Origin: Candidatus Latescibacterota bacterium | GTDB taxonomy: Bacteria; Latescibacterota; UBA2968; UBA8231 | DNA length: 64,000 bases | Assembly: GCA_965197905.1 (NCBI GenBank) | Contig: CBDAOB010000004.1 | Span: 1,120,001 to 1,184,000, forward strand | Direction: 5' to 3' | In this document: piece after piece, positions 1-10,031 of the stretch | Numbering within the stretch: the stretch's first letter is position 1 | Layout: each line of letters opens with the position of its first letter | Notes under the pieces: model-generated | The model's database searches: none | Told to the model about the DNA's origin: nothing | Seen by the model: only the letters and a program-made list of their open reading frames with translations | Program-made: the position numbers and the translations under genes

Positions 1-432
1 GCTGTAGGGCGACTGGATCGCGACACCACCGGGCTGCTCCTGCTTACCAACGACGGTGAGCTCGCCTACCGGCTGAGCCACCCGCGCTTCAAGGTGGAGA
101 AACATTACCGCGTCTTGGTGCAAGGGTGCGTGAACGACGGCACGCTGGACCACCTGCGCCGGGGGGTCGAGCTGGAGGATGGCCTCACCGCGCCGGCCCG
201 GGTGGACGTCGCGGAACGAAGCAGAGTGACTACGCGGCTGCAAATGGTTATTCGCGAGGGGCGCAAGCGACAGATCAGACGCATGTGCGCCACTGTAGGG
301 CACGAAGTAGTGGAACTGGAACGTCAGGCCGTGGGCACGGTGCAACTTGGAGATCTGCCCTTGGGTTCCTGGCGCCACCTCGACGAGGGAGAGACGGTCC
401 AACTGCGCAGCCTCGCCGGTTTGCCCCGTTGA
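1..432 (+). CDS. rRNA pseudouridine synthase (RluB/RsuA family), 5'-truncated by the window edge
   Basis: Frame 1 from base 1 reads AVGRLDRDTTGLLLLTNDGE (catalytic GRLD motif), then EGRKRQIRRM. Sits directly upstream of cmk. Confidence 0.93.
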   Translation, partial: AVGRLDRDTTGLLLLTNDGELAYRLSHPRFKVEKHYRVLVQGCVNDGTLDHLRRGVELEDGLTAPARVDVAERSRVTTRLQMVIREGRKRQIRRMCATVGHEVVELERQAVGTVQLGDLPLGSWRHLDEGETVQLRSLAGLPR

Positions 433-438
433 TTCCGT

Positions 439-1134
439 TTGGGTGCGGATAACGCAAACGGACAGGCACGCAAGCTGGTCATTGCCATCGATGGCGTTGT
501 CGGCGCCGGCAAGAGCACGACGGCAAGACGGGTAGCCGATGAACTGGGTTACCGTCATTTGGATACCGGCGCCATGTACCGAGCCGTCACCTTGGCAGCG
601 CTCCGCGACGGAGTGGTTGCTTCCGACGAGCGCGGCCTCGCCGACCTGCTCGCAGTACTGAAGATCGAGCTGGAGCCGCAGAACCTGGGCGGTCGAATCC
701 GGCTCAACGGTGAGGATGTTAGCAACGAGATCCGTACGCCGAAGGTTTCCAGAGGCGTCGGGCCGTACGCAGATGTACCCCTGGTACGACGAGCGCTCGT
801 TTCGCAGCAGCAGGCGATGGGCGCTGGCGGTGGTGTTGTCGCCGATGGTCGTGACATCGGATACGTTGTTTTTCCCGATGCCGACCTGAAGGTTTTGCTG
901 ACCGCCGATCTCGGCACCCGTTCCGAGCGACGCTACCAGGAGTTGACTAAAAAGGGGGTGAATACTTCCCGCGCGGAAGTAGAAGAAGATATCCGCATTC
1001 GCGACCGAGCGGATTCGGCTAGGGATTACGGCGGCGAAAGAGACGCCGAGAAGACTCGCATGCTCGATACCACGTCGCTGACCATTGACGAACAGGTCGC
1101 GCGCATCGTTTCGTGGGCGCGAGAATGTGTTTGA
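439..1134 (+). CDS. cmk: Cytidylate kinase
   Basis: IAIDGVVGAGKST P-loop, LDTGAMYRA and DGRDIG motifs; cmk-rpsA synteny. Exact start uncertain. Confidence 0.95.
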   Translation: MGADNANGQARKLVIAIDGVVGAGKSTTARRVADELGYRHLDTGAMYRAVTLAALRDGVVASDERGLADLLAVLKIELEPQNLGGRIRLNGEDVSNEIRTPKVSRGVGPYADVPLVRRALVSQQQAMGAGGGVVADGRDIGYVVFPDADLKVLLTADLGTRSERRYQELTKKGVNTSRAEVEEDIRIRDRADSARDYGGERDAEKTRMLDTTSLTIDEQVARIVSWARECV

Positions 1135-1237
1135 ACTTTAGAGCCGCCTCGGCGTTCGGACTGACGGTTGAGTCGGGAAGCTTTGGCGGACTGAACGTCC
1201 AATTCGCAATCAAACGAAAATTCGCAAAGGATTTGTA

Positions 1238-3121
1238 ATGACAGAGGAAAACCTAACCGCAGAGGCGGAGAAGCCGGTATACGGCAACGTCTCGATCGAC
1301 GACCTGGAGGCGCCCGAATACAGCGATGAGCAACGGGATGAGTTTATGGCGCTGTACGAGGAAAGCATCTCCGGTATCAAGGAGGGACAGATTGTCAAGG
1401 GCCGGGTCGCGGCAGTCAGCTCTAGCGAAGTATTGGTGGACATCGGATTCAAGTCGGAGGGCGCCATTCCCATCCGCGAGTTCAACGATCCCGAATCCAT
1501 CGTGTTGGACCAGGAGATAGAGGTATTTCTGGAAGATGTCGAGGACCAGGAAGGCCAGATGGTCCTCTCCAAGCAGAAAGCCGACTTCATGAGGGTCTGG
1601 GATCATATAAAGGACGCTCATGACGCTGGATCGACCGTCATGGGAAAACTCATGCGCCGTATCAAAGGGGGCATCGTGGTCGATCTCTTCGGCGTCGATG
1701 CTTTTCTCCCCGGGTCGCAGATCGACACCCGGCAGGTGAAGAACTTCGATCAGTTCATCGGCAAGGAGTTTTCGTTCAAGATCATCAAGCTCAACAAGGC
1801 CCGCCGCAACATCGTCGTCTCCCGCCGCGCCGTGTTGGAGGAAGAGCGGGCGAAACTCCGCGGCGAGATCATCAAGGAGCTAGAAGAGGGACAGGTACGC
1901 GAAGGGGTCGTAAAGAACATCACCGATTTTGGCGCCTTCATCGACCTGGGCGGCGTCGACGGATTGCTGCACATCACCGACATGTCTTGGGGCCGAGTCG
2001 GGCACCCTTCCGAGTTGGTGAATATCGGCGACCGCATCAAGGTAAAGGTGCTGAACTACGACCGCGAACGGGAGCGCATCTCCCTGGGGCTGAAACAACT
2101 GACGTCGCATCCCTGGGAAGCGATTGACGAGAAGTATCCAGTCGACACCCTCACTCAGGGCAAGGTGGTCAGTATTACGGACTACGGCGCTTTTGTGGAG
2201 TTAGAGGAAGGCATCGAGGGATTGGTTCACATCTCTGAAATGTCCTGGACCCAACACGTGCGGCATCCTTCAAAGCTGGTGAACATCGGTGATGCGGTGG
2301 AGGTGGTCATTCTCAAAATCGACCAGGAAAACCACAAGATCTCGTTGGGCATGAAACAGACCGATCCGGATCCGTGGGAGTCGCTGGACGCCCGTTACCC
2401 GGCCGGCGCCAAGCTGGAGGGAACGGTGCGCAGCTTGACCAACTTCGGAGCCTTCGTCGAGATCGAGGACAACATCGACGGTCTCGTCCATATATCCGAC
2501 ATGTCGTGGACCCGCAGAATCCGGCAGGCCAGTGAGATGTTCAAGAAGGGCGATGTGATTCCCGTCGTGGTAACCGAAATCGACAAGAAGCGGCGGCGCA
2601 TCTCCCTGAGCCACAAGGTTGCCTTCGAAAACCCGTGGTCCCGGCTTGCCAAGATCTATGCGGTGGGCACGGAGACCAAGGGTTCCGTTACGCGAATTCT
2701 CGAGCGCGGCGTCGTGGTCTCCTTGGAAGAGGAGGTAGACGGTTTTGTTCCCCTTTCCCAGTTGGCCATCGAGGATCTTCAGACCCCGCGCCAGAGCTTC
2801 GAGATCGACCAGGAGATTCCCTTGAAGGTCATTGAGGTCGACGAGGAGCAGAAGAAGATCGTGCTGAGCGTTCGCGAATACCTCAAAGACAAGGATCGCG
2901 CCGAGTACGAGGCGTATCTTGAAACTCATCCGATTCGACAGGTTACCATCGAAGACGTTGTGGAAGATCAGGACGACGAGATGGAGAGCTGGGGAGATCC
3001 GGCCCTAGAGACCGGAGACGAGTCTGCAGCCGCGAGCGCGGCAGAGGACGACCCCGTCTCCGATGAGGAGGTCAAGGCCACTTCTGTCGACACGAAACCA
3101 ACTGAGCCGGAAGAGGAGTAA
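1238..3121 (+). CDS. rpsA: 30S ribosomal protein S1
   Basis: Repeated S1 domains (FGAFIDLGGVDGLLHITDMSW, YGAFVELEEGIEGLVHISEMSW, FGAFVEIEDNIDGLVHISDMSW); AAGGA SD; acidic C-terminal tail. Confidence 0.98.
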   Translation: MTEENLTAEAEKPVYGNVSIDDLEAPEYSDEQRDEFMALYEESISGIKEGQIVKGRVAAVSSSEVLVDIGFKSEGAIPIREFNDPESIVLDQEIEVFLEDVEDQEGQMVLSKQKADFMRVWDHIKDAHDAGSTVMGKLMRRIKGGIVVDLFGVDAFLPGSQIDTRQVKNFDQFIGKEFSFKIIKLNKARRNIVVSRRAVLEEERAKLRGEIIKELEEGQVREGVVKNITDFGAFIDLGGVDGLLHITDMSWGRVGHPSELVNIGDRIKVKVLNYDRERERISLGLKQLTSHPWEAIDEKYPVDTLTQGKVVSITDYGAFVELEEGIEGLVHISEMSWTQHVRHPSKLVNIGDAVEVVILKIDQENHKISLGMKQTDPDPWESLDARYPAGAKLEGTVRSLTNFGAFVEIEDNIDGLVHISDMSWTRRIRQASEMFKKGDVIPVVVTEIDKKRRRISLSHKVAFENPWSRLAKIYAVGTETKGSVTRILERGVVVSLEEEVDGFVPLSQLAIEDLQTPRQSFEIDQEIPLKVIEVDEEQKKIVLSVREYLKDKDRAEYEAYLETHPIRQVTIEDVVEDQDDEMESWGDPALETGDESAAASAAEDDPVSDEEVKATSVDTKPTEPEEE

Positions 3122-3171
3122 GCCAGCACTAACAGCGGCAGTTTTTGTTCGGCTGCGGCAGCACGGCTTCA

Positions 3172-3203
3172 GCCGGGGGTCTTTGGGCCCCCGGCCTTTC
3201 TAT
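3172..3203 (+). terminator. Probable intrinsic terminator after rpsA
   Basis: Stem GCCGGGGGTC-TTTG-GGCCCCCGGC followed by CTTTCTAT (weak U-tract). Confidence 0.55.
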
Positions 3204-3302
3204 TGCTGCCGGCTGACGCCTTTATGGCCTCCCCCTCCGGACTTATCTTAAGATCGCTTCGGTTAGTCCCGTTCGGACCTCAAGTTACCTCTGAAAGCTA
3301 TC

Positions 3303-5939
3303 GTGCCCGCCCCAAAGATCACTCCGGCCATGGCTCAGTACATGCAGTTCAAGCGCCAGCACAACGACGCCATACTGTTTTTCCGCATGGGCGACTTCTA
3401 CGAGATGTTCTACGACGACGCCGTCGAGGCGTCCAACCTGCTGGGTTTGACCCTCACTGCGCGCAACCACAGCAAGTCATCCGGCTCGGTGCCGCTGGCG
3501 GGGGTTCCCCACCATGCCGCTGATTCCTACCTGGCCAAGCTGGTGCTTCTGGGGCGCAAGGTGGCCATTTGCGAGCAGATGGAGGACCCGAAGAAGGCTA
3601 AAGGCGTCGTCAAGCGCGACGTAGTGCAAGTGGTTTCTCCTGGCACGGTTTTGTCCGACTCGGTGCTCGATCAACAGCGTAACAATTTCCTGGTGAGCCT
3701 TCACTCAGGAGAGGAGCTGACCGGAGTCGCCACCATCGACCTGTCTACCGGCGATTTCACATTGAGCGAACTGACTGCCGGAGATCTATGGGGTGAGTTG
3801 GAGATACTGGCGCCGGCAGAATTTTTGATCGGTGCCGGTGTAGACGAGAAGTGGGTTGAAAAAATGCAGGTCATCCTTCCTGGCACCGCCGTCAGCCGCA
3901 TCGATGATTGGCATTTCGAGTTCAATTCGGCCTATGAGTCGCTGACGACACAACTGGAGGTCCGATCCCTAAAAGGGTACGATGCGGAGGATCTTCGGGC
4001 CGCCATCTGCGCCGGCGGGGCAGCGGTGGATTACCTTCGCGACAACCAACGCGGCGCCATCGCCCACATCAACCGTATCCAGCGCAAACGACCCGATGAC
4101 TTCCTCATGCTGGACGCAACAGCACAACGGAACCTCGAGCTGCTGGCGAACCAGCACGACGGCAAGCGGGAGGGTTCCCTGCTGGAGGTGCTCGATCAGA
4201 CCTGCACGCCCATGGGCGCACGCCTCCTGCGCCGGTGGATTGTGGCGCCGCTGCGCGACACCGCCGCCATAGTCGACCGACAGGACGCCATTGCCGCGTT
4301 GCTCGAAGCCCCCCGGCACTGTTCGGCCCTGCGGGAGGTCATGGGCGGCATCGGTGATCTAGAGCGGGTGATGGCGCGAATCTGTTGCCAGCGTGCCAAC
4401 GCGCGTGATTTGGTCGCCCTTGCCATGTCCTTACGGAGAGTGGAAGAGATTCGGTCGAATCTGGCCGCCTTGCATGGTGTCTTGCTGGAAACCTTGAGTG
4501 GCAGCGGGCTTCCAGACATTCATCCCCTCGTTTCCGAGTTGAGCGATGCCCTGGTGGATGAACCACCGCTCCACCTGTCGGACGGTGGTTTGATTCGCGA
4601 TGGGTATAACGAGAAGCTGGATGAGCTGCGCCTGGCCAGTCGCGGCGGCAAGAAGTGGATTGCCGACCAGCAGACTCACGAACGCCGGCGTACCGGAATA
4701 TCCTCACTCAAAATCGGTTACAATCAGGTTTTCGGATATTACCTGGAGGTCAGCAAGGCCAACCTCGATCGAGTACCTAAGGACTACGTCCGCAAACAGA
4801 CGCTGGCAAACGCCGAACGCTATTTTACTTCCGAACTGAAAGAGTGCGAAGCCCGCGTGCTCGGGGCGGAGGAAAAGATCGTTCAGCTGGAGAGTGAGCT
4901 GTTTGTCGAGTTGCGTTCCCGCGCCGCGGAGTGGGCCGAGCCCGTTCAGCGGGTGGCGCGGACGGTAGCCCAGATCGACGTGCTGTGCAGCCTCGCCGAG
5001 GTGGCCCGCAGTAGCAACTATGTCCGGCCCGAGCTGGATTCAGGTAGCGTGATCGAGATCCTGGGCGGTCGTCATCCGGTGGTTGAGAACCTCAGTCGCG
5101 ACGGTCGATTCGTACCCAACGACATACTGTTGGATGGGAACGGCGATCAGATTCTCCTGATCACCGGTCCCAACATGGCGGGGAAGAGTACGATCATCCG
5201 GCAAGTGGGCCTCATCGTGCTCATGGCCCAAATGGGAAGCTACGTTGCCGCCGAGCACGCCCGAATCGGTGTTGTGGATCGGATATTTACCCGCGTCGGT
5301 GCGGCAGACAACCTCGCCCGCGGGGAAAGCACCTTCATGGTGGAGATGAACGAGGCTTCCAGCATTCTCAACAACGTCACGTCGAAAAGTCTCATTCTTA
5401 TGGACGAGCTGGGACGAGGAACGAGCACCTTCGACGGGTTGAGCATCGCATGGGCCGTGGTGGAATTCCTGCACGGTCGAGACCAGGTGAGACCTCGCAC
5501 TCTGTTTGCCACCCACTACCACGAGCTCACTGAGCTAGAGGGTCAACTGGAGCGTGTTAAGAACGTCAATGTCATGGTGCGGGAAGAGGGAGACAACGTG
5601 GTTTTTCTCCACCGGTTGGAGGCGGGTCCCTGCGATCGCAGTTATGGAATTCATGTGGCGCGAATGGCCGGCATGCCGGATGCCGTCGTGCACCGGGCCC
5701 GCGAGATCCTGAGCATTCTTGAGCGCGACCAGATCGACCGCGAGCGGTTGTCTGGAGACGGAGGCGCCGCCCGAGGCGACACCCCCGTCAAGAATCAGCT
5801 GCAGCTCTTCGATGCCGTCGGGTCCACGTCCTTTCTCGAGCACGAACTGCGCGGGCTCGATATCAGCGCCACCTCTCCTCTCGACGCCCTGCTCAAGTTG
5901 AACGAATGGAAAAAACTGCTGGAGGAAGGAGATCGCTGA
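3303..5939 (+). CDS. mutS: DNA mismatch repair protein MutS
   Basis: TPAMAQY, FFRMGDFYEMF mismatch-binding motif, ITGPNMAGKST Walker A, GESTFMVEM, DELGRGTST, FATHYHELT. Confidence 0.98.
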   Translation: MPAPKITPAMAQYMQFKRQHNDAILFFRMGDFYEMFYDDAVEASNLLGLTLTARNHSKSSGSVPLAGVPHHAADSYLAKLVLLGRKVAICEQMEDPKKAKGVVKRDVVQVVSPGTVLSDSVLDQQRNNFLVSLHSGEELTGVATIDLSTGDFTLSELTAGDLWGELEILAPAEFLIGAGVDEKWVEKMQVILPGTAVSRIDDWHFEFNSAYESLTTQLEVRSLKGYDAEDLRAAICAGGAAVDYLRDNQRGAIAHINRIQRKRPDDFLMLDATAQRNLELLANQHDGKREGSLLEVLDQTCTPMGARLLRRWIVAPLRDTAAIVDRQDAIAALLEAPRHCSALREVMGGIGDLERVMARICCQRANARDLVALAMSLRRVEEIRSNLAALHGVLLETLSGSGLPDIHPLVSELSDALVDEPPLHLSDGGLIRDGYNEKLDELRLASRGGKKWIADQQTHERRRTGISSLKIGYNQVFGYYLEVSKANLDRVPKDYVRKQTLANAERYFTSELKECEARVLGAEEKIVQLESELFVELRSRAAEWAEPVQRVARTVAQIDVLCSLAEVARSSNYVRPELDSGSVIEILGGRHPVVENLSRDGRFVPNDILLDGNGDQILLITGPNMAGKSTIIRQVGLIVLMAQMGSYVAAEHARIGVVDRIFTRVGAADNLARGESTFMVEMNEASSILNNVTSKSLILMDELGRGTSTFDGLSIAWAVVEFLHGRDQVRPRTLFATHYHELTELEGQLERVKNVNVMVREEGDNVVFLHRLEAGPCDRSYGIHVARMAGMPDAVVHRAREILSILERDQIDRERLSGDGGAARGDTPVKNQLQLFDAVGSTSFLEHELRGLDISATSPLDALLKLNEWKKLLEEGDR

Positions 5940-5950
5940 AGGGCGTAGTC

Positions 5951-6502
5951 ATGGCTTCAGCTGCCGATAGATTTTCAACACTGCAGAAAGTAGGCATCTT
6001 TCTCATCGTCCTGGGCCCGGAAAAAGCACGCGACATCCTGGATGGGGTCGATGTGGAGACGTTGCAGCGACTCAACGCCACCATAGAGGAGTTGGGGGAG
6101 CTGACGGCCGAGGAGAAGGCCGCCGTTATGATCGAATTCGGCGACTTCTTCTATAAAGGCAAGGAACTCCTGCCGATATCGAAACCACCCGCGAAAAAGG
6201 GCGACAAACCGCAGCGCCGGCCTGCGAAAGCGGCAGCAACGCAAACCAGCAAATTGCCCAAGACCAAGAAATCTCAGAAAACCGGAAAATCAGCGTCTGC
6301 AGCAAACAAGATAGATGCACCTGGGAGCGATTCGGCAAAGGCGGAGAGCAAATCCGCCGCGACCAAGCCGGAGGAGGAAAAGATCGTCATCTCGGCCCTG
6401 AAGAAGCTGCGCGAGCGGGTCGATCCCAAGCAGATCGATTGGAGCAAGGCTGGTTACGACTTCGGGGAGGGGTTCAAGGGTCCGACGGAAGAAAGGCGTT
6501 AA
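5951..6502 (+). CDS. Hypothetical protein with FliG N-terminal-like domain and Lys/Ala-rich linker
   Basis: STLQKVGIFLIVLGPEKARDILDGV...EEKAAVMIEF resembles the FliG_N pattern (QKAAILLLSLG...A..VL). Basic low-complexity middle. ATG 5951 chosen as start. Confidence 0.6.
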   Translation: MASAADRFSTLQKVGIFLIVLGPEKARDILDGVDVETLQRLNATIEELGELTAEEKAAVMIEFGDFFYKGKELLPISKPPAKKGDKPQRRPAKAAATQTSKLPKTKKSQKTGKSASAANKIDAPGSDSAKAESKSAATKPEEEKIVISALKKLRERVDPKQIDWSKAGYDFGEGFKGPTEERR

Positions 6503-6824
6503 CCGGCGCGGCTGACCGCCTTGAATCTAGCGCCCGGGGGGCAATATTCCAAGTTCGCCCAACCGCCTGGCGATGAGTCGAAACATGTGGATGAGGAGTC
6601 CGGCGGCGGCGGCTATCTGGCTCAGTAGGATTACAGTTCCCAAGATATCGTCCTTCCGTTATATCTCACAGTGATACCCTTTACCTACCCTTTAGCAAAA
6701 CTCACTCCAAATTGCCATTGCCGACACAAGTCTATTAATTACACATAGTAACTAACGGATGCCCGATATCCGAATCGGGGCGCTGTGGGACCATATTTCC
6801 GGGAGTCGGCGGGATTTCAAGGGG

Positions 6825-7580
6825 ATGGACCGAGAGGCGATCGACGAAAGCCTGATCTTCGGACGGCATCCGGTGCTGCAAGCCCTGAAGGCCGATCAAC
6901 CGATTCAGCGGCTGTACCTACAAAAAGGAATCCAGGGAGGGCCCGTCGAAGAGCTGTTCGATCTGGTCAAACAACGGGGCATCCCGTTCGACCTCAAACA
7001 GAGGGCCTTCCTGGATCAGCTGACGGCCGCTGGCAATCATCAGGGTGTGATAGCCGTTCGGGCAGCGGGCGCCTACGCCGACTACCCGACGCTGCTCAGT
7101 AGGCTGGACCCCTGCTCCGCGTTTCTGGTAGCGCTGGACCACGTGCAAGATCCACAGAACCTCGGCGCTATCATTCGCAGCGCCTGCGCCGTGGGCGCGG
7201 ACGGTGTCGTCTTGCCGAAGCGCGGTGCAGCCGGCCTGAGCGGCGGTGCCGCCAAGGCGGCGGCTGGAACCGCCGAGATCCTGCCCGTATGCCGGGTGGC
7301 AAACCTGGTTCAATCGCTGCAGAAGGCGCGAAAAGCCGGCCTGTGGATCGTCGGTCTTGACCCGAGCGCGGATACTCCTTTTACGAAAGTGGATTACCGT
7401 ACAGGTTGCGCCATAGTGGTCGGCGGCGAAGCCGCCGGCCTGCGAAAGCTGGTTCGCGAAAACTGCGATGTCCTCGTAACCATTCCCACTACCGATCACG
7501 TCGAATCACTCAATGCTTCTGTTGCAAGCGCGTTGGTCCTGTATGAGGTGTTTCGTCAACGCTGCCAGGGTCCGACGTAG
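6825..7580 (+). CDS. rlmB: 23S rRNA 2'-O-methyltransferase, TrmH/SpoU family (RlmB-like)
   Basis: IFGRHPV, NHQGV, LDHVQDPQNLGAIIRSA, VVGGEAAGL, ESLNASVA SPOUT motifs. Confidence 0.9.
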   Translation: MDREAIDESLIFGRHPVLQALKADQPIQRLYLQKGIQGGPVEELFDLVKQRGIPFDLKQRAFLDQLTAAGNHQGVIAVRAAGAYADYPTLLSRLDPCSAFLVALDHVQDPQNLGAIIRSACAVGADGVVLPKRGAAGLSGGAAKAAAGTAEILPVCRVANLVQSLQKARKAGLWIVGLDPSADTPFTKVDYRTGCAIVVGGEAAGLRKLVRENCDVLVTIPTTDHVESLNASVASALVLYEVFRQRCQGPT

Positions 7581-10019
7581 ATGGTGCGCCTGTGTGTGGC
7601 TTGCGCGCTGTTCTGCATGACAAGCGCCAATGCCGACGACGCTCCAGCTGACACACTCGTAGTACAGCCCAATCTAGCGGAGGCCACGGCGCTTCTCGAA
7701 TTGAAGAACAGCGACAGGAAGGGTTTCAAATACAGCGGCGATAGCTTTGTGGTGTATGGTCAAAACGACTCCCTTTTTCTACATGGCGCGGCGAAGGTGG
7801 TGCACAAAGGTGTCGAGCTCGGGGCGGCCGAAATGGTCTATCGGCGCCAGGCAGAGATGGTGGAGGCACGCTCCAGCACCGACAGCAGCGGTGTCCCCGT
7901 TGGCAAACCAACCCTCACGCGAGGCGAAGATACGCTTAGAGGATCGCGGATCACCTATTCTATGGAATCCGAGCGTGCAACGATCGTCGACGGACGCATT
8001 CAACGGGACGACGCTTATTACGCCGGTCAGGTAATCAACACACTCAGCTCCGAGGAGTTTCACGTCAATCGGGGTTCCTACACCACCTGTGACTATTCCG
8101 AACCGCACTTCGACTTCTACAGCCCGCAGATCAAGGTGTTGAGCGGCGACATGGCCATTGCTAAGTCGGTGTTTGTTCGCATCAAAGAGAAACCGGTGTT
8201 TTGGATTCCGTTCTACGTTTTTTCGCTGCGAGAAAATAGGCAATCCGGGTTGCTTACGCCCAGCTTCGGTCGCCGCCCGATTCGCTTCGGCAGCAACGAA
8301 AAGGAGTGGGAGATTCGCAACTTGGGATATTACTTCGCGCCCAACGACTACATGGATATGACCGTGGCAGGGGACCTTCGAACGAGCTCCGGATGGCTTA
8401 CTAGCATGAACCTGGCCTATGCAGTGCGTTACCTGCTGAACGGCCAGTTCCAGACGCGATTGGAAAATCGCCACTCCGGGGGAGCGACGAAATGGAGCTG
8501 GTGGACCAGTCTCCGCCACAACCAGGAAGTAGGTGAAAACGCTCAGCTGCGAGCCACCGGAACCTTTCAAAGCAACAAGAACTTCGCCCGCAACAACAGT
8601 TTCAATCTGAATGACAGGCTGGACCGGACGCTTAGATCGAATGCGAGCTTTAGCAAGAGGTGGCGCGGTTCCGGGAATAGTTTGAGTGTCAACGCCAGCC
8701 ATACGGAGCGGCTGGACAGCGACCGTTTCGACACGGTGCTGCCCGAAGTGAGCTTCCGCAAAGCGAGGAAACCGATTTGGGACACACGGAACCCGGGTGT
8801 GAGACGAGGATCGCGAACCACGGAGACACCCTGGTATTCTCAGGTCTTCTACGACGGCGGGGCGCGGATGAGAAACTCGCGATTCCGTCGTGGAAACGAC
8901 GCCGCAACTGAAAGTCAGACCAGCGCCAATCTCAACCTCAATATCTCCTCTCAGCCGAAGCCGTTTTCGTGGCTACAGATCGCCCCGAGACTGAGTGAAT
9001 CCTGGTCTGATCGCGATGTTCGCGATGATTCGCTCGCGTCCGTGCGCCGGGACCGGTTCGACGCCAGCGCCCGCATCACCCAGACGTTTTACGGAATGTT
9101 CTTTCCCCAGATCGGTCCGGTAACCACCTTTCGACACGTGGTCAAACCCAGCGTCGCGTTTCGCTACCAGGCCACTCACGCCGATACGGGAGGTGTGCTC
9201 GGGATCAATGGCCGAGGCAGTCCATGGAAGCAGAACCGCCCGATCGATTTCAGCCTGGACAACACCTTTTGGGTCAAGCTGCAGCGCGGCGAGGAGGAGT
9301 CGAAAGTGCGGCTCGCGCAGCTCAATCTGTCCATCTCTTACGATGTCGACCGCGACTCACAACCCCTGTCGGAACTGCGCTCGAGCTTGAGCCTGGCTGC
9401 CGGCCGGACCCTGGACTCCAGATTGACGCTGCGCTCGAAGTTCTACGACGGCCTCAACCGTCTGGATCTGCTGAATCCGCGCCTGCAACAGATCGAGCTC
9501 AGGACCAGCTTCCGTGCGACTCGCAAAGGAACCACGACCGACGCAGCAGAACCTCATCGAGGAAGCGATTTCGCATCGTCGACGACCGAGTCGTACAATC
9601 CGCGAACGAGCGCCTACGGCTCGCGAGATTCCTTCGGCTACGAACGCGGATTGCAAAGCGATGTCCGGCGACGCGACAGAGCGACGCGTTTGCAGGTGAG
9701 TCACTACGTTTCGCGAACCCGAAGTGTGTCGAGGACCGTCATGCGGTCGTGGATTCGAGTATCCGCCAGCTGGAGCTGGTTACGCCGCTGGCACTTGCAG
9801 TATTCGGTGAATTACAACCTGCACGATCCTAATCAACCATTGGTCGCTGAAGAGCGCATCACGTCCGAGCTGCTGTCGATCCAGCGGGAGTTTCACGACT
9901 GGAGTGCTTCGTTCAACATCGAACCGAATCGATTCCATCGCGATCGCACTTTCTACCTCAAGGCCCAGCTCAAGGATATCCCGCAGATCAAGTTCGAGCG
10001 CGGTGACCGCCGCTTTTGA
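7581..10019 (+). CDS. lptD: LPS-assembly protein LptD-like outer-membrane protein
   Basis: Signal peptide, OstA-like N-terminus, GSYTTCD..PHF, RQSGLLTPSFG, GYYFAPNDYMD; beta-barrel-like C-terminal part. Confidence 0.8.
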   Translation: MVRLCVACALFCMTSANADDAPADTLVVQPNLAEATALLELKNSDRKGFKYSGDSFVVYGQNDSLFLHGAAKVVHKGVELGAAEMVYRRQAEMVEARSSTDSSGVPVGKPTLTRGEDTLRGSRITYSMESERATIVDGRIQRDDAYYAGQVINTLSSEEFHVNRGSYTTCDYSEPHFDFYSPQIKVLSGDMAIAKSVFVRIKEKPVFWIPFYVFSLRENRQSGLLTPSFGRRPIRFGSNEKEWEIRNLGYYFAPNDYMDMTVAGDLRTSSGWLTSMNLAYAVRYLLNGQFQTRLENRHSGGATKWSWWTSLRHNQEVGENAQLRATGTFQSNKNFARNNSFNLNDRLDRTLRSNASFSKRWRGSGNSLSVNASHTERLDSDRFDTVLPEVSFRKARKPIWDTRNPGVRRGSRTTETPWYSQVFYDGGARMRNSRFRRGNDAATESQTSANLNLNISSQPKPFSWLQIAPRLSESWSDRDVRDDSLASVRRDRFDASARITQTFYGMFFPQIGPVTTFRHVVKPSVAFRYQATHADTGGVLGINGRGSPWKQNRPIDFSLDNTFWVKLQRGEEESKVRLAQLNLSISYDVDRDSQPLSELRSSLSLAAGRTLDSRLTLRSKFYDGLNRLDLLNPRLQQIELRTSFRATRKGTTTDAAEPHRGSDFASSTTESYNPRTSAYGSRDSFGYERGLQSDVRRRDRATRLQVSHYVSRTRSVSRTVMRSWIRVSASWSWLRRWHLQYSVNYNLHDPNQPLVAEERITSELLSIQREFHDWSASFNIEPNRFHRDRTFYLKAQLKDIPQIKFERGDRRF

Positions 10020-10031
10020 GGCTCATTCGAT

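Noticed and set aside
5951..6502. Bona fide fliG
   Set aside because: It is too short and lacks the middle and torque domains, and there are no flagellar neighbours.
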